This document shows, piece by piece, positions 49,966 through 64,000 of a DNA stretch of 64,000 bases (position 1 is its first letter; each line of letters opens with the position of its first letter). The position numbers and the translations under genes are program-made. The stretch is from NCBI RefSeq assembly GCF_031769215.1, contig NW_026782132.1, positions 1,364,001-1,428,000 of the forward strand, in the 5' to 3' direction. The notes beneath the pieces were generated by a model. That model saw nothing but the letters and a program-made list of their open reading frames with translations. It searched no databases and was not told where the DNA came from. The stretch is from Ylistrum balloti. Its lineage: Eukaryota.

Positions 49966-51272
49966 CAGTGACGTGCCAAAAGTATTCGGTATTAAAAAGT
50001 CACTGATAAAATTTACGCTTTCATAGTCACTGATATACGTTGTCGTGCTTTTACTACGAAGCCAAGATTTCGAAAAGGCAGATCTTTTAATGGCCGTGTT
50101 TACATGTGACGATACACAACAAATATAGAATGAAATTTTTGTTGTCGTCTGCTTTCTGGTTTCCCCCGAATTACTACGAAGCCAAGATGGATTGAAAAGG
50201 CAGGGATCTTTTAATGGATGTGAAAAATATTATCATAGGGCTATTTCAGAGCGGATATTCTCGCCGAAATATAAGTATGATGCTAAAATTACCTAAATCT
50301 ACAACTATTGATATCATTAAAACGTTTTCAAGTTCTGGATCAGTGGAAAACAACGAACAGACAGGCCGCGTTCAGTGAGCAACCGTGATTATCGCAACAA
50401 ATAGAAGGGATTCGGTGAGCGATATTACAACTAAACTTAATGAATGGCGAAAGTTTCCTATCTCAAAACGACCTATTCAACGCCATCTGCACAAACATGG
50501 ATACAATAGACGTGGTGCTGAGAAAAGGGGAAATGGACTTTAGACAACTGGAAAGGGTCATATTCTCGGAAGGGTCATATTCTCCGACGAAAGTAAAATA
50601 GTTATTGGTCAGGACCGCCGTGTTAACATCTGGAGAAAACGAGACGGAGGATGGAGACCCGATCTCTTCCGGCCGCGTTTGATACACAACAAATATAAAA
50701 TGATGATTTAAGGCTTTAATTACTGTCAATTTAATTACTTTTATCGATTGAAATTTCAATGCTGCAAAATATTAGGAAGTCTTGGAAGAACATCTCTGGC
50801 CTGTTATAACAAGGCATTGTCCTTCAGGTTGTTATTGTTTCCAAGACGATAATGCGCCCCTACATCGTGCAAGGTCCATCCAGGAATGTGTTGCCCGGAA
50901 GGGAATCCACTGCATGAGTTAGCCAGCACAGTCTCCAGATATAAATATTATTGAAAATGTTTTGTTGTCTGTCAAAATCAAACTCCAATCCCGCGTAACA
51001 TTTGTAAAATAGAAAGAAGACTTGTTCAGGGAAATACAAATATCTGGATGGAGATTACATCTGACTACATCCACTGCTTACATAATTCGAGGGTTTAAAA
51101 TGTGATCAGATTAAAGAGATATCTCACAAAATACTAAAGTGTGTAATTTTGTTGCAATTGAATCATTAGTTTACCTCTCGGCGACATTTTATATCGACCG
51201 TATACTAGTGTATGTCAAAATGTCAAAAAAAACACGCCGCCGTTGTGATCGAATACTTTTAGCACGTCAATG
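49966..51272 (+). mobile_element. Tc1-like DNA transposon (DD34E), both termini present, transposase pseudogenised
   Basis: TIRs CAGTGACGTGCCAAAAGTATTCG and CGAATACTTTTAGCACGTCAATG (2 mismatches in 23), TA on both sides. Pieces MDVKNIIIGLFQSGYSRRNISMMLKLPKST, VIFSDESK and FQDDNAPLHRA...QSPDINIIENV (34 residues between the catalytic D and E); several stops and frameshifts. Confidence 0.92.
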
Positions 51273-51499
51273 TATGTCAACTTTTTCATATCGTGAAACC
51301 CCGTCCATTGGCCGGAATGTGAGTTTCAAGATATTTATGGATTCCGTAGAAAACTACGCTAGAGAGTTGTGCTTTGACCACGTGGGGTTATATTCTTTAC
51401 GCGATATAAAAGTGGACATATTTGATGCTCATTAGTATGCCTGATGGTTCAATTGTCATTTACATTGTTCTCATTTGGGCATTTGACATTACTTTCTTG

Positions 51500-51620
51500 G
51501 ATTGACCAAGAGATACATGGGGTGTCACCGTTGAAACAGAAGACGCGTACCCTTCCAGAATACCTGGTCATCTTCTATTTGTACTTTTCATTTGTCTTCG
51601 TGTAAAATCCTTTGTTCAAA
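51500..51620 (+). mobile_element. Diverged solo PLE 3'-tail copy
   Basis: catggggtgtcaccgttgaaacagaagacgcgtacccttccagaatacctggtc...tgtacttttca resembles the tail at 22858-22935. Confidence 0.5.
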
Positions 51621-52074
51621 TTATGTTGGTTGTTTTGGTACAACTTCGATCAACAACAAGGTTAGGGATTAAAATAAAGATTAAGGTAGGCAGTAGAGGT
51701 GTGACCAATAACAAGGTTAGAGATAAGAAACGAATTGGGTATGGGGTAAAATTGCCAACAATACCGTGATTTGCTATGAAACAGAAGTCAGATGGTAGAT
51801 TTTCCCACCTCATTTTACGGAATACAAATGTTATTAAATAATGAATATATGCCCAATGTTTATGCAAGATTATATATATATATAATGTGTTTAAAGATTC
51901 TCGTCTGGAAGAGAACTTGTTTCGGTTTATTTTGCTTAACAGCTATGGTAATTTATGAACAGCCTCACAATGTGTGCAATGTATGCGAGACATGTGTTGA
52001 GAGAGTCGTCTTCAGGGGCTGCTATTTATTTATGATAGCCTCCTTGTGATAGCACTGTTGTTATCGACTTTCTA

Positions 52075-52280
52075 GTGCTTCCACACCGAAGTGTACTGCC
52101 GAAGACCTCCAGCAGGACACTCCACCTGGTCACATTATATTTACGATTGTTAAGCAATTATTACACTACCGCAATGCTGAGAGTTAAGCGGGGAATACTA
52201 TTTTATACCCTTTGGTATGTCTTGACCTGCAGACAAAGTCCGAAGCCTTCTTCACATAGGAAAGCCATGGGCTAAAGTGT
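52075..52280 (-). mobile_element. Possible decayed mollusc SINE (Nin/Deu-domain type)
   Basis: ggacactccacctggtcacattata...aatgctgagagttaagcgggga...ttttataccctttggtatgtc resembles, from memory, a common bivalve tRNA-head SINE in reverse orientation; not verified. Confidence 0.35.
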
Positions 52281-52652
52281 GACATCGTTAAGGGATACAT
52301 CAAGAAGGATACAGTAGTTTTCAAAGAAAAAATACAAACTTTACAAAAAATCATACATTGGGGACATCATATGTAACTTCTACATCTTATGTGCAGAACA
52401 GGGAAGTGTAAATGACGCGTGCACAAATGTGAATGGTTGTTACCGTTGTGTGTTTATTTGGTGTGTGTGTGTACCATTGCCAACATGATGTCGTATATGT
52501 AGTTTTATTATTAAAGTCTTAGACTATCTACACATGTACTTCGATAAGACCATTGATTGATCAATTCTATCGAATTCTAGTCACTAAAATTTCATTAATC
52601 AATAGTGTACCCTTCATCTATGACTTTTGAACAAATATGATATACAATAAAA

Positions 52653-52696
52653 GCATCACTGACGAGTCCTCGAAAGACAAAACAACTGCATGATGC
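52653..52696 (+). ncRNA. Minimal type I hammerhead ribozyme relic, copy D
   Basis: GCATCA CTGACGA GTCC TCGAA AGAC AAAA CAACTG CA TGATGC: perfect helix I and intact CUGACGA; G12->A and U16.1->C substitutions. Confidence 0.65.
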
Positions 52697-53577
52697 AGTT
52701 TAATTCATTTTTTGGCCTCTAACTCAGTTTTGCTTGTATAAACTTGTATATAAATATGCTAGTTCTAGTGTAAATCGTTACTTCAAAATATTCCAGGTCA
52801 TTGAAATAGAAATGATATCGATCACTTGAAGACAGGAATCTAGTAAACACGTACAGACGAAGTGCTTTATCTTACTAGATATTGTTTCATAACCAATGGT
52901 CACATACATTAACACGTGTCCTCGCCAATGACCTTACGTACATGTAAATACAGACTTTAGAGTACTGTCAGCCTAACAAACAAAAGCATAACACTCAAAA
53001 GATAGACATTAAAACAATGCCAAACTCATAGTTTTCAATCACATCATTGACAGACATGCGTGCTGCCTTAGTACTGGATCTCTTAATAAAACATCAATAT
53101 CTATGTTCACGAATAATAAATCTATTCTTGATTTCAATCAGTTATCTATCCATGAAAACATCTCACATTTTAGGTTTTTTTTTCAAAATACAAGTTAATC
53201 TCGTCGATACTTAACATAGCCTTCTTGACACGACAGAATAATCATATTTATTTATGGGACGGGCTTATAAAGATATGGTTTTGTTTATCTATTTTCATGT
53301 TGACTATTTTTTAGCTTGTTTACAATTATTACGGCTTATGAATATGAGGATCATGTAGCAGTATTCTGAAAAATGGAAAACAAATAAGATAAAAGAAGGC
53401 ATTTATCAGTTAAATCCTCGCCAGTAAGCTAACCAAAGATGATAGTTTGGAATCCTGATAAGACTCTCGTTGGTCAACATGTGCCTCGTGTGCTATATAT
53501 ATATAGGCAGTCAGAGCCATGAAATAAGTCAGTAGCGAACAAAGACATCATCTGATCTACACCTCTGAATCAAAAAA

Positions 53578-55828
53578 ATGTATACCTTACTGATTGTACA
53601 GGTAAGCTGACCATCAGCTCCGTTATCTAAGGGTAATGCTTATCAACTTACAATATGTTTATAAGTTTTCATGTAAAGTTTTTATATATATTTGATCTCA
53701 TGATTGTGCGAAAAATATTCTAATTGGGAACATACTGTTGATAGATTAATGAAAGAGCTGTCCATTGGAAACAGCATTCATAATGTAATGTGAATGTTAT
53801 TTCTTGTAGTTGAAATGTTGATTGATATCTGTAATTATATATATAACTGAATGAAATCCGATTATTGACAAAAGGGGGCGCTTACTATTGACGATCATAC
53901 TTTAACTTACTACACTTATATCCATACACGAATCCTGTTTATTCTGAAGAATGTCAAACTATGCAGCATTAAATGGTAGGGAAGGCAATGCTTATTTAGC
54001 CGATTTCATTCATATAACGATTACAAAGTGTTAGTCAATAGTAAAGATTGTATTACACAACACTCTATTATCACAAACTTTCTAATTTAACAGGTCATAT
54101 GTGTAGGTATCTCTCATGCCTTTCTCGTGTCTGCTTCCGGGTGCATGGCTCCTCCTCCCTCATCCAATTTTACCAATGAACGTTACAATGGATTGTGGTA
54201 TGAAATAGGTAAGATCCAGACAGCAGGAGGAGGGTTCTTTGAAAAGGATTGCGTATGTACCACTATAGGAATCCAACCTAAAGCCGGCGCTACAAATGGG
54301 GATGCAAGTGCTTTTAATAGCTGCCGAAAGTTATCTCCGACTGGAGATTTTCTAAATGCTACAGGTAAGATAAATGACAACAGGAGTTTATTAATATATC
54401 AATATATAATTTATATTGAATACATATTTGTGTCTTTATTTTACTTTCTGCCATTTTGAAATGATGATATTCCTTGCCCTTTATTTTTACCATTGATATA
54501 CAGGATATAAACAATAATATAAATTTACGTGTGATTTATCTAAATTTTCTTTTTAAATAGGTGCTCTGACAGGTGAAGTTGTCCCTGGGCATTGGAAAGA
54601 AGGCTTTTTCTTCCTTGCACCAAAGGTATTTGATTTCTTTTATCTCGATCTTCCCAATTCGAAACCAAAATTATCATATCAAAATGAGCATTAAACAAAA
54701 GTCTGATAAAAACTAAAGGTAAGAATTTTTGTAATTTGCAATGGTTTTTTTAGTAAATAAATAGAAACAGGTAGATATTTGTCAGTAGAACCATTATACA
54801 TTTGTGTCTCATTTAAAACACATCGTCAGCTGCAGTGTAATATCAAAGTATTCCAACGTTTAAGGACACAATCGAATTTCCGGTAGAAAATTCATGTTTA
54901 TATACTGCCATATAATCAAAGAAATAGTACTATGAAATGTCAGAGTTTAGGAGAGGAGAATTAAATGTTGAAATATAGAAGGGGACTGAAGAATATCAAG
55001 GTTCAACTGATTTTTTTCATGAATGGATTTCAGTATAATTTAGTTCAGAATGAAGAGCAGAACGAGAATTTCGTATATATATTATGAGCCGGTGCCAAAT
55101 TTTATCAAGACTTTATGGAATTTTAGACGATTAAGTGAATCTCTTTGTCAATGTGATGACAAATCCGTTAATTGAATTTACTAGTCAATGTGATTAAAAA
55201 ATCCATTAATTGAATTTCTTTGCCCGTGTGACTTCAATTTCATTTATCGAATTTCTTTGTCAATGTGATTACAAATCTGCTAATTGATATTTTTTGTCAA
55301 TGTGATTATAAAACCGTTAATTGAATCTTTTTGTCAATGTGATTACAAATCCGTTAATTGAATTTAGTTGTCAATGTGATTACAAATCCGTTAATTGGAT
55401 AACTTTGTCAATGTGGTTACAAATCCATTGATTGAATCTTTTTGTCCAGGTGACTACAATTTCATTTATTGAATTTCTTTGTCAATTTAATTACAAATCT
55501 GCTAATTGATTAAATAAATTGAATATCTTTGTCCATGTGCATTCTTGATAGGCTATCATTGTATGACTATGTTTAGTAGATATAATTGTATATTCTTTTC
55601 CTGTTTCAGGCTGATTACACAGTCATCTACTTGGATGATAATTACGCCATTGAGTACGACTGTACTTCCGCTTTCTTCATGACAAATTACTGTATCCATT
55701 TGTTGGCAAGAAAACCCACAGCCGACGCAGCTGCAGTGACCATGCTACTGGACTTTGCTAACGCACTTAAGCTTAATACAGACCAACTCATTTATCAGCC
55801 TACTGTGCAGACTGGGTGTTGGTCATAA
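53578..55828 (+). CDS. Apolipoprotein D-like lipocalin, 192 aa
   Basis: Exons 53578-53601, 54094-54364, 54561-54625, 55610-55828 (579 nt, phases 0,1,0). Signal MYTLLIVQVICVGISHA; SCR1 RYNGLWYEIGK; SCR2-like YTVIYLDDNYAIEYDC; SCR3 HLLARKP. TA-rich TATA-like run at 53494-53506. Confidence 0.92.
55140..55540. repeat. Degenerate 37-bp minisatellite in lipocalin intron 3
   Basis: caatgtgattacaaatccgttaattgaatctttttgt; period checked at 55261/55298/55335/55372. Confidence 0.85.
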
Positions 55829-58796
55829 TGTATCGTCAAATTCTTGTAAGATCAACTCCTACTAAAGTTTGCAAACTTTTTTTCACTGCCGAAGAAATGT
55901 TTAGCATTTAGTGAAATAGAAATAGAAATTTAACAAGACATACTGAGAGGGCCACTTTTTGGTTTTTCGGTCGGACCAGGAAGACATTTCCTATCATTTA
56001 AATACACTACGTCATTGTGTTGATTTACGTTTTGATTGTTTACGGAGCCGAGGTAAGGTAAATTCTGATTGCTCTTGTGTAAAAAAGAAATGAGTACTGG
56101 CTGGTTAAAGAACGCCCATGTGTGGAACATTCATGCATAAAAATGTAGTGTTATCGTTTCATAATTCACCGTTAGTTTAGCACATACAACATGTTATAAT
56201 GTATTACATGAAGTTACGATTACTTATTGGTTGATGTTGTATTCATTTATCTGTATACTTGCGTTAGTGTGTCATCTTTGATATCTTAATATTGATATAA
56301 AATAAAATTGTTTTACTGATTCAAATTATCTTGTTTTGAAAACTTGTAAATCTTTTTATCAAATAACATTGCAATAAAGTATCAATTAGCACATCATTCA
56401 ATATTATGACTTTTTAAAAGTGATCGTATGAGCGTGTTTTTTATATAAGAAACTTAAGCTTTAGCAGTATTTTCTCAATACAATGTCTTATACATTCATT
56501 AAGAAAATAATGTATTCTAAAATTATATTCTATCTTCCTGAGTTATTCATTGTTCTGAAATTATTTTCTGTCTTCTAGACTTATCATTTTCTTAAATTAC
56601 ATCTTTATCTTTTTTTATTGTATAAAATATGTACGTTCTTTTACAATTATCTGTACGAAAGCTAATATTCCAATCAAGATCGACCTTTAACATGACCAAT
56701 TTAAAATTACACAAATATACTATATAACTAACCCATAGCTAGTCGTTACATTTCAACACAAAATCTGCCACGAAAGAGCCTCCACAATTCTTCCCACTAC
56801 CAGAGTTACGTAACTTGCATTATTTACCTTTTGATATTTTCATTCTCATGTATGTTCTATTATGAATCATTCTTACATCACTTTTAACATCATATTTCCC
56901 TTCCAGAAAACAAAAAAAAAAAATCACAATTTCAATAGTCTACTTATAATGTTTTCCATTGCAATTATATTTTCCATATGTCATTGAATTTTGATATTTT
57001 AAGTTGGTATGTTGGTTGCCCTTGAAAAACTCTTATCGGATATTCATATTGCCAATACAAAGATATGAAACGCCAAAAGAGCCAATATGAAAAGCCATTA
57101 CACGATGCCAAGATATACTATGGTGTTTGTTCATCATCACTAAATGCGAAATTTAGAGTATAACATAAACACGTATAAAACTATCACAAGGTTGACATAG
57201 AAGAATGAATTATAACCTTATGAATTTAAATAACAAGAAAATACCAATATGTAGCATTAAAAGCATGCAACTTCATTTCACACAAGGAAATAAAAAAAAG
57301 TTCAAAAAAAGAAATTATTGTGGGGTCCATAAATCTTCTCGATAGTCTTCATCAACGTTCATCTACCGAACTCCTGTGCTGCCAATATGCATGTAAGATG
57401 TCGCCATCTATCAAGGAAATCGGAGTCCTTGGAACAATTAGTTAACTTCCCTACCAGGTTCTAATTCGTTGAAGCAGTGGCATGGTTCAGAGTTTGCATA
57501 TGTACATTCTTTTGAAATTATTAGATATTAGATAAATACGGATACTTCACCAAAAAAGTCAGAAATAGGGCTTACAAGGGAATATTCTAATATGCTTTTA
57601 GAATTCAGGTTCAGAACAACGGCAAAGCTTCAGCTCTGACCCAAATTCAGCACCATCGAAGAAAATACATACATATGGTTTATATCCATACATATAGTTG
57701 TGCTGGTTGTTAAAATAGTTCTATTTTGTTTGAGGTATAAAGAAAAGTTACATTAGTGTTAACAGTTCAAGATACCTCAAATAATTTTCCAATGATATAA
57801 TATTTTGACAACCTTGGCATTAGGTCAATAAAATTTATATCAGAACTCAACAAATCTCAAAACTAAAATTGCATGAAAATCGAACATAATCCGCGTTAGA
57901 CAGAAAGTATAACAGGTAGGTAGAAGGGACAAAAATTAAGATACTGCTTAGCTAAGCGGTGAGAAGGGCTGACGAAAGAACAATTCACGTCATTGTCAGT
58001 CATAGATATTACTCATAAAAAAAAGAAAGATGGACGCCCGACCACGCAGTCACAAATAGCGACCACACTGTCAGGCGTAGATACATAGATAACCAGTCAA
58101 TATGCTGTTCAATGACATAGATAAGAGAACAAAGACACGTAATGCATCACATAAAAAAACATTTTGTTGACCTCTACACTAGTACATATTAAGTATTGTT
58201 AGGCCACTAAATATTTAGGGATTATTTGATTCTAGGCATCCATGAATGTATCACAGCCTGATGTATACCTAAACAACTTCCTGGTAGCCATTTATTGCCT
58301 TCATAGTATATACAAGGAAGCAAGCTGTGACTGTTTTTCTTTTTTTTTTTACCTATTTATCCATGGTCAAGACAAAATTATCCGAATCTCTATTTATGTC
58401 ATAGAAATTTTACTTTTCCATATATGATTCCAATTTTTGTGAGTGCTCATATGAATATCAGTCTTTCCATTGTCCAGTGTTTGTCATTGTACTCCAAAAT
58501 TATACTGATCTGCTATACCGAAATTTACTTTCAAAAATGATCTGAAACCCGTAAAGAATAGCTTCAAATTGTATTAAAACAGTTAATGTTACGAATATAC
58601 TTCAGGTGTTTAAGCACCCATACCAGATACTCGTTGAAGTTATCTGGTAAACTTATCCCACGGTTTTCGCATTTACATGTAGAAAAGGACAACAGCAACA
58701 AACTTGTATGAAATTAATTGCCGAAAAGCAGACTCCTTATTTGAATTGCATTGACCTATCAGGAAGTTAACGTTTAAGATAAGGTTATCTTCAGAC

Positions 58797-58829
58797 TGTC
58801 ACGTGATCCAGTCGTCTGTAGTTTATAAA
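58797..58829 (+). promoter_or_regulatory. Promoter of the three-finger/SRCR gene: E-box plus TATA box
   Basis: GTCACGTGAT at 58797-58806 and TATAAA at 58824-58829, ~45 bp upstream of ATG 58872. Confidence 0.6.
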
Positions 58830-58871
58830 GATCTGGTCAGGTCCGGTGTCCTTGTCCAGCGATCTGCCGAA

Positions 58872-63976
<5,105 letters not shown>

Positions 63977-64000
63977 GTAAGTTAGCCTCCAGGGAGAATT

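Overview
AT-rich eukaryotic genomic DNA with spliced genes; by inference from gene content and repeat types it is a bivalve mollusc, possibly a scallop. It is not prokaryotic, and I saw no CRISPR array, rRNA or tRNA gene. I reconstructed nine protein-coding loci by hand from GT-AG boundaries and phase continuity: a 3'-truncated LRRC74-like LRR gene (-); an intronless inducible HSP70 (-) with TATA box and heat-shock elements; DNAAF6/PIH1D3 (+); three paralogous secreted two-domain fasciclin (FAS1, TGFBI/periostin-like) genes with identical intron phases (+, -, +; the last two head-to-head); a BTB/POZ gene (-) inside that cluster; an ApoD-like lipocalin (+); and a 3'-truncated mosaic gene encoding signal peptide, Ly6/uPAR-like three-finger domain, SRCR domain and the start of a YWTD propeller (+). 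Introns and spacers hold about a dozen different minisatellites, two MITEs, a decayed Tc1, a mariner fragment and Penelope-like (PLE) retroelement remnants. Best leads: (1) four dispersed, individually mutated copies of one minimal type I hammerhead ribozyme whose consensus is perfect; (2) the three-finger/SRCR/YWTD mosaic protein; (3) a tandem array in DNAAF6 intron 3 built from its own exon-3/donor junction; (4) a 2.2-kb fold-back of two inverted minisatellite arms; (5) a candidate nested antisense gene at 61650-62014. All coordinates were counted by hand; repeat boundaries are approximate and no database searches were run.
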